Origin: Polaromonas sp.
GTDB taxonomy: Bacteria; Pseudomonadota; Gammaproteobacteria; Burkholderiales; Burkholderiaceae_C
Assembly: GCA_038902975.1 (NCBI GenBank)
Contig: JBCKMZ010000001.1
Coordinates: 14,592 to 78,591, forward strand
DNA: 64,000 bases
Reading direction: 5' to 3'
Shown here piece after piece: positions 10,475 through 19,241 of the stretch. Both the position numbers and the translations under genes were made by a program. Position 1 is the stretch's first letter. Each line of letters starts with the position of its first letter. The notes under the pieces were generated by a model. It ran no database searches, was not told the DNA's origin, and worked only from the letters and a program-made list of their open reading frames with translations.

Positions 10475-10828
10475 ATGCGTTTTTTAGTTCTTGTCCTCAT
10501 GATTGCCCTGCTGCCCTTGCGCGGTTGGGCCAGTGAGGTGATGGCGACTGAAATGGCTTTTGAAGTGCCAAAAGCGTTGCTTGAAGCAAAAAACACTAAG
10601 GCAGCAGCCATGCCTGACTGCGAAGGCCATGCCAAAGCTGATGAAGCAACGCAAACAGATTCACACGGTGACTTATGCTACGCCGGCCAGGCTTGTCACA
10701 CGGTGGCGCTGCCAACTGCGGCAGTCAGTTTGAATTTCACTTTTTCACCTCACACCCGACCGCGCCCTGCGGCTGCTCACTTTGCCAGTGCCACCTCCGC
10801 ACTCGGCCAAAAACCACCGATCTCCTGA
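10475..10828 (+). CDS. Small exported Cys/His protein, DUF2946/CutF-like candidate leader
   Basis: Hydrophobic N-terminus LMIALLPLRGWA, Cys/His cluster HGDLCYAGQACH, C-terminal KPPIS. Confidence 0.6.
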   Translation: MRFLVLVLMIALLPLRGWASEVMATEMAFEVPKALLEAKNTKAAAMPDCEGHAKADEATQTDSHGDLCYAGQACHTVALPTAAVSLNFTFSPHTRPRPAAAHFASATSALGQKPPIS

Positions 10829-10876
10829 CTTCCAGGCCCAAACTGGGCCTGTACTTGCGCTAGCACGGGCTTGACT

Positions 10877-10979
10877 GGGGTTATTGGGGTCAGACGCCAA
10901 TTTCATTGCGATGTAGAGCATCGCTCCAGAAGGGCGTGCCAAAGGCACGATGAATTTGGACTCTGACCCCAAAAACCCC
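10877..10979. repeat. REP doublet (REPIN-like), ggggtcagac family
   Basis: ggggttattggggtcagacgccaatttcat ... atgaatttggactctgaccccaaaaacccc inverted pair. Confidence 0.8.
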
Positions 10980-11021
10980 ACGATTGTCGCAATCACCCCG
11001 CTTGTTTATCAGGAGATTATT

Positions 11022-11348
11022 TTGAATATCCGTCATTTTTCTAAGCTACCCCGCTGGCTTTCACTGCTTGCGATCTCGCTGTGGGTCACAACTGCGCATG
11101 CGCAGATGAACCCGGTAGCGCCCACTATCATGGAAAAAGCTCAGGTGACAAAGGTCACTCCCTCGGGCTTTCAGTCGGCTTTTGAGGGCTACAAGCCCTA
11201 CACAGACGAAAAAACCGGCAATTGGGTAAACGCCAACGATAGGGTTGGCAAGATTGGCGGCTGGCGCGTTTACGCCAAAGAGGCGAGAGAGCCCGAGCCG
11301 GCCAAGGGTATGCCGGGGTCACACATGGGTCAGGGAGGCAAACCATGA
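11022..11348 (+). CDS. Small periplasmic protein typical of copper-tolerance operons
   Basis: AGGAG plus TTG start; SAFEGYKPY...WVNANDRVGKIGGWRVYAKEA; overlaps the TolC start. Confidence 0.75.
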   Translation: MNIRHFSKLPRWLSLLAISLWVTTAHAQMNPVAPTIMEKAQVTKVTPSGFQSAFEGYKPYTDEKTGNWVNANDRVGKIGGWRVYAKEAREPEPAKGMPGSHMGQGGKP

Positions 11349-12781
11349 AGCGCTTAAACCAGATGCCGCGCGTCAAGCTGATCGCCGCTGCGGTCTCATT
11401 GGTGATTTTGACGGGATGCGCGAGCGTCAATTTTGACCAGTCCATCGCCAAAACCAACCAGGATGCAGCCGATTTCACGGCGGGTCGGCTGACGCTGGCG
11501 CAAACCCATGCGCAGCGGGAAGCGCGCGAACGTACTGCTGCGGAGTTGCTCAAGCAGCCGCTCGGCCAGAGTGATGCGGTGCAACTTGCCTTGATCAACA
11601 GCCCTGCGTTGCAGGCCATGCTGGCAGACAACTGGGCCAATGCGGCCAACGCAGCGCAGTCAGGCCGAATAGCCAATCCCATTTTTACATTCGAGCGCCT
11701 GCGTACCGGCGCTGAGCTCGAATTGGGGCGCTTGCTCTCCTTTGGCTTGCTGGACCTGCTGACGCTGCCTCAGCGCAACGCCATCGCGCAGCGGCGCATC
11801 GCGCAAAGTCAGTTGCGCCTGAGCCTAGACGTCATCGACCAGGTGACCCAGGTGCGACAGACTTGGGTCAAGGCGGTGGCGGCACAACAAAGCCTGAGCT
11901 ATGCCAGGCAGGTCGTTGACAGCGCGCAAGCCAGTGCCGAATTGGCGCGTCGCCTGCAGGCCGTTGGCAACTTCAACAAGCTGGCCCGTGCACGCCAGCA
12001 GATGTTCTACGCCGATGCCGCGACGCAACTGGCGGGCACACAGCACACGGCAACATCGACCCGCGAGGAACTGACTCGCTTGCTCGGCCTGACAGACGCG
12101 CAGGCCGAGCAGCTCAAACTGGCCGAGCGATTGCCCGATCTGCCAAAAGCGCCGCGCGACCCGGCCGAGGTCAGCAGACAAGCCAGCGCCTCACGGCTGG
12201 ATATCCGTATGGCCCAATCAGCCTTTGAGGCTGCCGCCAAGGCGCAGGGCTTGAACTTCGTGACCAGCTTTACGGACATCGAGCTGGGCATGATCCGCAA
12301 TACGGTATTTGACAACGAGCACGGCAGCAAGACGACCGGCCGCGGCTTTGAGATCAGCCTGCGTTTGCCGATTTTCGATTGGGGCGGTCCCCAGCGCGAC
12401 GCGATGAACGCGCAGACCCTGGCAGCGGCGAATCGGCTGGAAGCGGCGGTACGCGCTGCAGGCTCCAGCTTGCGCGAGGGCTATTCCGCCTACCGCACGG
12501 CCTACGACATCACCCGGCACTACCGTGATGAAGTGATACCACTGCGCAAGACCATCTCGGAAGAGAATGTTCTTCGCTACAACGGTATGTTGATTGGCGT
12601 CTTCGAGCTGCTAGCCGATTCGCGCGCTGAGGTCGGCACGGTGATGGCGGCCATTTCTGCCGAGCAACAGTTCTGGCTGGCTGACGCGGCACTGCAGGCA
12701 TCGGTGATGGGCAAGCCGATCATGGCGTCCCCAGAAACCATGCCGGCCGGCGGACCGGCCGGCGGCGCTGCGCCTCATTAA
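11345..12781 (+). CDS. TolC-family outer-membrane lipoprotein
   Basis: Lipobox LTG-C; LRLPIFDWG, YNGMLIGVFELLAD. Confidence 0.92.
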   Translation: MKRLNQMPRVKLIAAAVSLVILTGCASVNFDQSIAKTNQDAADFTAGRLTLAQTHAQREARERTAAELLKQPLGQSDAVQLALINSPALQAMLADNWANAANAAQSGRIANPIFTFERLRTGAELELGRLLSFGLLDLLTLPQRNAIAQRRIAQSQLRLSLDVIDQVTQVRQTWVKAVAAQQSLSYARQVVDSAQASAELARRLQAVGNFNKLARARQQMFYADAATQLAGTQHTATSTREELTRLLGLTDAQAEQLKLAERLPDLPKAPRDPAEVSRQASASRLDIRMAQSAFEAAAKAQGLNFVTSFTDIELGMIRNTVFDNEHGSKTTGRGFEISLRLPIFDWGGPQRDAMNAQTLAAANRLEAAVRAAGSSLREGYSAYRTAYDITRHYRDEVIPLRKTISEENVLRYNGMLIGVFELLADSRAEVGTVMAAISAEQQFWLADAALQASVMGKPIMASPETMPAGGPAGGAAPH

Positions 12782-12809
12782 GAGAGTTGAAAACTTCAAA
12801 CATACCTGT

Positions 12810-12898
12810 TTCGTCATTGCGAGCGCAGCGCGGCAATCCATTCCCCGCTGGCTCGCCACCATGGATTGCCGCGTCGCTTCGCTCCTCGCAATGACGAA
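12810..12898. repeat. 89-bp palindromic repeat (gtcattgcgag...ctcgcaatgac family)
   Basis: ttcgtcattgcgag / ctcgcaatgacgaa and gcggcaatcca / tggattgccgc arms. Confidence 0.8.
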
Positions 12899-12936
12899 TA
12901 CCCTCTATTTTAAAAATTCACCCAAGAGAAATTCCT

Positions 12937-14358
12937 ATGAATTCAAGAAGACAGTTTTTTAAAGCCGCCGGTCTTGCCGGAGGCGCCGTAGCAGTCGCTG
13001 CAGTCAGCCGCGTTGCCATGGCGGCCTTGCCTGAACCGGTTTTTCAAACCAGTCCCAACACCATGCCGCCTTTGGTACCGACCAGCGGGCGCCCCTACAA
13101 CCCGGTCGTCACCCTGAACGGCTGGACGCTGCCCTGGCGCATGAACAAGGGCGTGAAAGAATTTCACCTGGTGGCCGAACCAGTGGTGCGCGAAATGGCG
13201 CCCGGTTTCAAGGCCCACCTGTGGGGTTACAACGGCCAGTCACCGGGCCCGACGATCGAGGTGGTGGAGGGCGACCGCGTACGTATCTTCGTCACCAACA
13301 AGCTCGGTGAGCTGACCAGCGTCCATTGGCACGGCCAGCGCCTACCCAACGGCATGGACGGCGTGACCGGCCTCAACCAACCCGGCATCCCGCCGGGCAG
13401 GACCTTCGTTTACGAGTTTGAGGCGCGCCGGCCCGGCACCTTCATGTACCACTCGCACGCCGACGAGATGGTGCAGATGGCGATGGGCATGCATGGCTTC
13501 TGGATCACGCATCCCAAGGGTAAGCACCCGCTGATCGACGAAGTGGACCGTGACTTCGTCTTCCTGCTCAACGCCTTCGACATCGATCCCGGCAGCTACA
13601 CGCCCAAGGTCATGACGATGGTGGACTTCAACATCTGGAGCTGGAACAGTCGCGTCTTCCCCGGTATCGACTCGCTCAATGTGCGCCACATGGACAAGGT
13701 GCGCATCCGCATCGGCAACCTGACCATGACAAACCACCCGATCCACCTGCACGGCCACGAATTTCTGGTTACCGGCACCGACGGAGGCCCCACGCCGAAG
13801 AGCGCGCGCAGGTACGAGGTCACCGAGGACATCGCGGTAGGCCAGATGCGCCAGCTCGATTTCCTGGCCGACGAGGAAGGCGACTGGGCTTTCCACTGCC
13901 ACAAGAGCCACCACACGATGAACCCGATGGGGCATGACGTGCCGACCATGATCGGCGTAGATCACAGTGGCCTAGCCAAGCAGATCACCAAACTGATCCC
14001 CGACTACATGGTCATGGGCGAGCGCGGCATGAAGGACATGACCGAGATGGAGATGCCGATCCCGGACAACACCGTACCCATGATGACTGGACTAGGTCCC
14101 TTTGGCTCGGTCGGCATGGGCGGTATGTTCAGCGTGGTCAAGGTGCGCAAAGACCAGAAGCCCGGCGACTACAAGGACCCGGGCTGGTTCAAACACCCGC
14201 CGGGAACCGTTGCCTATGAGTGGACCGGTGCGTTGGCTGAGCCTGCACGCAGTCAGTCTGGTGGCGGGCACCTGATGCCTTCCGAAAACATGCCGTCAAA
14301 AAACATCGAAGTTCAGGCGCGCAAACCAAAGGCCAAACCCGGCCATTCCAGTCATTAA
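12937..14358 (+). CDS. Tat-exported multicopper oxidase
   Basis: SRRQFFK Tat motif; HWHG, MYHSH, HPIHLHGH, HCHKSHH; Met-rich tail. Confidence 0.95.
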   Translation: MNSRRQFFKAAGLAGGAVAVAAVSRVAMAALPEPVFQTSPNTMPPLVPTSGRPYNPVVTLNGWTLPWRMNKGVKEFHLVAEPVVREMAPGFKAHLWGYNGQSPGPTIEVVEGDRVRIFVTNKLGELTSVHWHGQRLPNGMDGVTGLNQPGIPPGRTFVYEFEARRPGTFMYHSHADEMVQMAMGMHGFWITHPKGKHPLIDEVDRDFVFLLNAFDIDPGSYTPKVMTMVDFNIWSWNSRVFPGIDSLNVRHMDKVRIRIGNLTMTNHPIHLHGHEFLVTGTDGGPTPKSARRYEVTEDIAVGQMRQLDFLADEEGDWAFHCHKSHHTMNPMGHDVPTMIGVDHSGLAKQITKLIPDYMVMGERGMKDMTEMEMPIPDNTVPMMTGLGPFGSVGMGGMFSVVKVRKDQKPGDYKDPGWFKHPPGTVAYEWTGALAEPARSQSGGGHLMPSENMPSKNIEVQARKPKAKPGHSSH

Positions 14359-14395
14359 GTTTCAGTTTCAGTTTTTAACCCCCAAGGAGTATTTT

Positions 14396-14932
14396 TTGAA
14401 AGTCAGATTCATTTCCACCATCGCCGCCCTCGCCATCAGCGCACTGGCCCTATCAGCACTGTCAAGCGCCGCGTGGGCCGGCCCTGGCCACACAGACAAA
14501 CACGGCGATTCGGCTATCGGCAAACCCGGCGTGGCGGCCAAGGTCACGCGCACAATCCATGTGGACATGACAGACGATATGCGCTTCCACTCTTCGAAAA
14601 TCCCCGTCAAGCAGGGCGAAACCATCCGCTTCGTCGTGAAAAACTCAGGCAAACTCAAGCACGAGTTTGTGCTGGGCCTGGAGAAGGAACTGAAGGCGCA
14701 TTACGAAGAGATGAAAAAACATCCTGAGATGGAGCATGACGAACCCAATATGGTCAGTGTCGCACCCGGCAAAACCGGCGAGGTGATCTGGCATTTCACC
14801 AAGGCCCGCAAGGTGGACTTCGCCTGCCTGCATCCGGGCCACTACACTGCTGGCATGAAGGGCCAGATAAATGTGGCAAGCAACAAGATTCTTCTAGCCA
14901 AGGGAGATGGCCGTGCCCAACAACAGCTTTGA
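14396..14932 (+). CDS. Cupredoxin (CopI-like)
   Basis: HEFVLG and ACLHPGHYTAGM type-1 Cu ligands; His/Met-rich loop. Confidence 0.9.
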   Translation: MKVRFISTIAALAISALALSALSSAAWAGPGHTDKHGDSAIGKPGVAAKVTRTIHVDMTDDMRFHSSKIPVKQGETIRFVVKNSGKLKHEFVLGLEKELKAHYEEMKKHPEMEHDEPNMVSVAPGKTGEVIWHFTKARKVDFACLHPGHYTAGMKGQINVASNKILLAKGDGRAQQQL

Positions 14933-15410
14933 CGCTTTTTCGCGTCGGTCAGCGCTGCGGCTGGCGCTGCTCGGGGCTACGCTTCTCAGTCAACCTTTGC
15001 GCGCGCTCGCGCGGGCAGCTAAGCAAACTCAAATCACGGTCTGGAAAGACCCCAACTGTGGCTGCTGCAAGGACTGGATAACCCACCTGGAGGCCAACGG
15101 CTTTGAGGTCAAGGTCAACGACAGCGGCAACGCGGCGGCCAGGAAGCGGTTGGGTGTGCCGGAAAAGCTCGGCTCCTGCCACACCGCGCTGGTCGGCGGC
15201 TATGCCATCGAAGGCCATGTGCCGGCCCGCGAAATCCACCGTCTGCTGAAGGAGCGCCCGTCCGCCATTGGCCTGACCGTGCCCGGCATGCCGGTCGGCA
15301 CGCCGGGCATGGACGGAGCGGTCTATGGTGGGCGCAAGGACCCGTATGACGTGCTGCTCATCAACCGTGACGGCAGCACGCGTGTTTATCAAAGTTACAA
15401 CCGCACCTGA
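14907..15410 (+). CDS. DUF411 / CopG-like metal-binding protein
   Basis: PNCGCC, SCHTA, EGHVP, PGMPVGTPGM. Confidence 0.92.
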   Translation: MAVPNNSFDAFSRRSALRLALLGATLLSQPLRALARAAKQTQITVWKDPNCGCCKDWITHLEANGFEVKVNDSGNAAARKRLGVPEKLGSCHTALVGGYAIEGHVPAREIHRLLKERPSAIGLTVPGMPVGTPGMDGAVYGGRKDPYDVLLINRDGSTRVYQSYNRT

Positions 15411-15430
15411 GTGCATTCAAAGGATTACCC

Positions 15431-15718
15431 ATGAAACGTTTCACCACCCTGATAGCAACCCTCCTGACCTCGGCCGCTTTCGCGCAGGCCGCCCTGCCCC
15501 TCACCGAAGGCGAGGTCCGCAAAGTAAATAAGGAAGACGGCAAGATCACCCTCAAACACGGCGAGATCAAGAACCTCGACATGCCGCCCATGAGCATGGT
15601 GTTTCAGGTTAAAGACCCGGCCCTGCTGGATAAAGTCAAGGCCGGTGACAAGGTGAACTTCACCGCGGACAAGATCAACGGCGCGTTTACGGTTCTTTCC
15701 ATCGAGCCGAAAAAGTAA
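15431..15718 (+). CDS. CusF-like periplasmic copper chaperone
   Basis: ITLKHGEIKNLDMPPMSMVF. Confidence 0.9.
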   Translation: MKRFTTLIATLLTSAAFAQAALPLTEGEVRKVNKEDGKITLKHGEIKNLDMPPMSMVFQVKDPALLDKVKAGDKVNFTADKINGAFTVLSIEPKK

Positions 15719-15834
15719 CTTCTCTTTGCGAACGGCTGACACGACTGAACTTTCCCGAATAAACTCGTTCTATACATTTATACTGCCGTTATGTCAGCCC
15801 ACTCAATGTTCACCATCCCAACCTGTTCTGCAGC

Positions 15835-16242
15835 ATGACCTGGAATCGTCGTAAGCGCTTTGCCATGGTGCTGTTCGCACTGGTGAATTTGCTGTTCATG
15901 CAGTTGGCGGTGGCCGCCTATGCCTGTCCGGGCGGCCTGTTCCAGCCAGGGGGCGATCAAGCTGCCGCGATGACGCAGCAGGCAGGCGTGTCTTGCGCCG
16001 AATCCCTGGCGCTCACGATGGACGATGAGCAGCCCAGCCTGTGCGCTGCCCATTGCAAGACCGACCAGCAGACCGCGGACAAGTACGAGCTTCCGGTTTT
16101 CGCTTCGCTGGCTGTGACGGCACGCGCCTTGCCGCCGCCTCGCCTGACCTCGGCCTCTTCGGACCCGCCTGTTCAGACGTCGCTTCTGGCGCGCACCACC
16201 GTGAAATCGGTGGCTGTGCGCCACTGCTGTTTCCGCCTTTAA
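15835..16242 (+). CDS. Small Cys/His-containing exported protein upstream of cusCBA
   Basis: LFMQLAVAAYACP signal, LCAAHC motif, C-terminal HCCFRL. Confidence 0.7.
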   Translation: MTWNRRKRFAMVLFALVNLLFMQLAVAAYACPGGLFQPGGDQAAAMTQQAGVSCAESLALTMDDEQPSLCAAHCKTDQQTADKYELPVFASLAVTARALPPPRLTSASSDPPVQTSLLARTTVKSVAVRHCCFRL

Positions 16243-16323
16243 GTCCTCCAGCTTCCTGTTTTCCGCTTGAGCACCTGCTCACCTGCTGTGCCCGGGCGGT
16301 TTTTCATGTTGTCTGGAGGTCTC

Positions 16324-17652
16324 ATGTTTTCTTTCTCTCTTGTCTGTCGGGCTTGCCTGATTCGGGGCCTGGCGCTTTCTGCGTTGCTGATCCACATCGC
16401 GATGCCGCTGTACGCCGCAGAGCCCTTACCCGAGCCCTTGTCTTTACAGGAAGCGCAGCGACTAGCTGCCGCGCGTTCCCGGCAACTGCTAGCCCAGGAT
16501 GCAGTCACCAGGGCAGCGCGCGACATGGCGGTGGCGGCCGGCCAACTGCCCGACCCGGTGCTCAAGATCGGCATCGACAACCTACCCGTCACGGGTCCCG
16601 ACCGGCTGAGCCTGACGCGCGATTTCATGACCCAGGGCCGTATTGGCGTGATGCAGGAAATCACCCGCTCCGACAAGCTGCGGCTGCGTGCCGAGCGCTT
16701 TGAGCGCAGCGCACAAAAATCATTAGCCGAAAAGAACGTCACCGTCGCTGCCATTGGGCGCGACACTGCCCTGGCCTGGCTTGACCTGTATTACGCCCAA
16801 GCGATGGCGGCTGTCGTTGCCGAGCAAGGTAGTCAAGCCAGGCTCGAGGCGGAAGCGGCCGAAGGTGCCTATCGCGCGGGCCGCGGCAACCAGGCAGACA
16901 TCTTTGCCGCGCGCAGCGCCCTGGTCAGTTTTGAGAACCTCACCAGTGAAGTCCGGCGCCGCGTGTTGAACGCCAAGACCATGCTCGCGCGTTGGATTGG
17001 CAGTGCTGCAGACCTGCCGCTGGCCGGAAAACCTGCCACCGAGGTGATTCGTCTGGACCCAGCGACGCTGGAGACGCAGCTAACGCATGATCCGCAAATC
17101 GCTGTCGCGACTAGACAGATAGAAATTGCTGAAAGCGAAGCCAAGCTTGCACAAGCGAACAAAAAATCCGACTGGACTGTAGAAGTCGCCTACCAGCAAC
17201 GCGGCTCGGCCTACTCCAACTTGGTTTCAGTCGGCGTAACGATTCCATTCCAATGGGATCCGAAAAACCGGCAGGACCGGGAATTGTCAGCCACGCTGGC
17301 ACTGCTCGAGCAAGCCAAAGCCGAGCGCGATGAAATGCTGCGCGACCGTATTGCGCAGATACGCACGATGATCAACGAATGGGAAAACAATCGCGAACGC
17401 TCGGCACGCTTTGAAGGCGAACTAATCCCGCTTGCCAGCAAGCGCACGCTGGCAGCCATTACCGCCTACCGCGGCGGCAAGGCGACGCTGACCGAGGTAT
17501 TGGCGGGGCGTCGAAACGAGATCGACGTGCGCATCCAGGCATTGCAACTGCAAACCGACACAGCCCGGCTCTGGGCGCAACTCAACTTTCTTTTCCCGAC
17601 CGATGGCGTTGCAGCGCACACGATTATGAATACCAACAAGGACACGAAATGA
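16324..17652 (+). CDS. Heavy-metal RND outer-membrane factor (CusC-like)
   Basis: GGAGG RBS before ATG 16324; AGQLPDPVL, AYRAGRG; precedes cusB. Confidence 0.9.
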   Translation: MFSFSLVCRACLIRGLALSALLIHIAMPLYAAEPLPEPLSLQEAQRLAAARSRQLLAQDAVTRAARDMAVAAGQLPDPVLKIGIDNLPVTGPDRLSLTRDFMTQGRIGVMQEITRSDKLRLRAERFERSAQKSLAEKNVTVAAIGRDTALAWLDLYYAQAMAAVVAEQGSQARLEAEAAEGAYRAGRGNQADIFAARSALVSFENLTSEVRRRVLNAKTMLARWIGSAADLPLAGKPATEVIRLDPATLETQLTHDPQIAVATRQIEIAESEAKLAQANKKSDWTVEVAYQQRGSAYSNLVSVGVTIPFQWDPKNRQDRELSATLALLEQAKAERDEMLRDRIAQIRTMINEWENNRERSARFEGELIPLASKRTLAAITAYRGGKATLTEVLAGRRNEIDVRIQALQLQTDTARLWAQLNFLFPTDGVAAHTIMNTNKDTK

Positions 17653-19241
17653 AACCTAACAAACTCATCCTGGCGCTGGCCGCGGCCGGACTTGTAGGCG
17701 CACTCGGCTACGGAATCTATTTGCTGGGTATGGACCAAGGCATGAAAATGGCCGCCACTATGCCAGCGGCGACAGATAAATCAGCCGGCGGCGGCGCTCA
17801 GGATGCCGGAAGCTCCGACAAAAAGGTTTTGTACTGGCACGATCCAATGGTGCCAGGCCAGAAGTTCGACAAGCCCGGCAAATCTCCCTTTATGGACATG
17901 CAACTTGTTCCCGTCTATGCGGGGGATGCGGGAGACGAAGGCAAGGTCAGCATCAGCCCCCGCGTCCAACAAAACCTGGGCATCCGCACGGCCGAAGTCA
18001 CCAAAGGAACACTGGATGCGGCCGTGACCGCCGTCGGTAGCATCGCCTATAACGACCGCGACATGGTGCTGGTGCAGGCCCGCAGCAACGGATTTGTCGA
18101 AAAGCTGTATGCGCGTGCTGTGCTCGACCCGGTAAAGAAGGGCCAGCCATTGGCAGAGCTGTATGTGCCCGAATGGATCGCAGCGCAAGAAGAATACCTG
18201 TCCGTCAAACGCATGGGCAATGAACCTGGCATGGATACCCTGCTCGACGGCGCACGCCAGCGCATGCGCCTGGTTGGCATGGAAGACGAGCATATCCGTC
18301 AGGTGACGTCCAGCGGCAAGGTGCAGCCGCGCCTGACCATTACTGCCCCGATTGGCGGCGTCATAGCCGAACTGGCGGTGCGCGAAGGCATGACGGTGAT
18401 GTCCGGCGCTCCGCTATTTCGCATCAACGCTACCAGCACGGTCTGGGTCAATGCCGAAGTCCCGGAAAATCTGTCGGCACAGGTGCGTCCCGGCAACAGG
18501 GTGGAAGCGCGTACGCCTTCGCTGCTAGGTGCCGTATTCAAAGGCAAAGTCAGCGCCTTGCTGCCTGAAGTGAACGCCTCTACCCGCACATTGAAAGCAC
18601 GTATCGAGCTGGTCAACCCGAAAGGCAAATTGGTGCCGGGCATGTTTGCCACGATCGATTTTTCACCGGCTGCCCGCCAGGAGGTGCTGCTGGTGCCCAC
18701 TGAAGCAGTGATCCAGACCGGCAAGCGAAGCGTCGTGATGGTCGCCGAGGGCGAAGGCAAGTTTGCAGCGGTCGACGTCGAAACCGGCACCGAGAGCAAT
18801 GGCAAGACCGAGATCCGCAAAGGCTTGACAGCCGGGCAAAAGGTTGTCGTATCCGGCCAGTTCCTGATCGATTCGGAAGCCAGTCTGAAAGGCACCATTA
18901 CCCGTATGGCAGATATGCCGGTCGCCGAAGGAGCCAAAGGCAACAAGACTGACAAACCTACGGCCGCTCAAGCGCACCGTGGCGAAGGCAAAGTCGAAAA
19001 AATCGACAAGGCCGAGATCACGCTTTCGCATGGCCCGATTCCGGGCTTGCAATGGGGACCGATGACGATGGGCTTTAAGCTGCCAGCCGGCGGCTTACCC
19101 AAGAATGTCGCAGTCGGCGATACCGTTGTATTCGAGGTTCGTGGGCTCAAGGACGGCATGTTCGAGATCGCCAGCATCTCCCGCACCGCCGCTGCCCCAA
19201 AGCCCGAAATGAAATCGAATAAAGCCGGAGCCGCGAAATGA
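17649..19241 (+). CDS. cusB: RND periplasmic adaptor with N-terminal metal-binding and C-terminal CusF-like domains
   Basis: YWHDPM...[13 protein letters not shown]; [10 protein letters not shown]; [16 protein letters not shown]. Confidence 0.93.
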   Translation: MKPNKLILALAAAGLVGALGYGIYLLGMDQGMKMAATMPAATDKSAGGGAQDAGSSDKKVLYWHDPMVPGQKFDKPGKSPFMDMQLVPVYAGDAGDEGKVSISPRVQQNLGIRTAEVTKGTLDAAVTAVGSIAYNDRDMVLVQARSNGFVEKLYARAVLDPVKKGQPLAELYVPEWIAAQEEYLSVKRMGNEPGMDTLLDGARQRMRLVGMEDEHIRQVTSSGKVQPRLTITAPIGGVIAELAVREGMTVMSGAPLFRINATSTVWVNAEVPENLSAQVRPGNRVEARTPSLLGAVFKGKVSALLPEVNASTRTLKARIELVNPKGKLVPGMFATIDFSPAARQEVLLVPTEAVIQTGKRSVVMVAEGEGKFAAVDVETGTESNGKTEIRKGLTAGQKVVVSGQFLIDSEASLKGTITRMADMPVAEGAKGNKTDKPTAAQAHRGEGKVEKIDKAEITLSHGPIPGLQWGPMTMGFKLPAGGLPKNVAVGDTVVFEVRGLKDGMFEIASISRTAAAPKPEMKSNKAGAAK

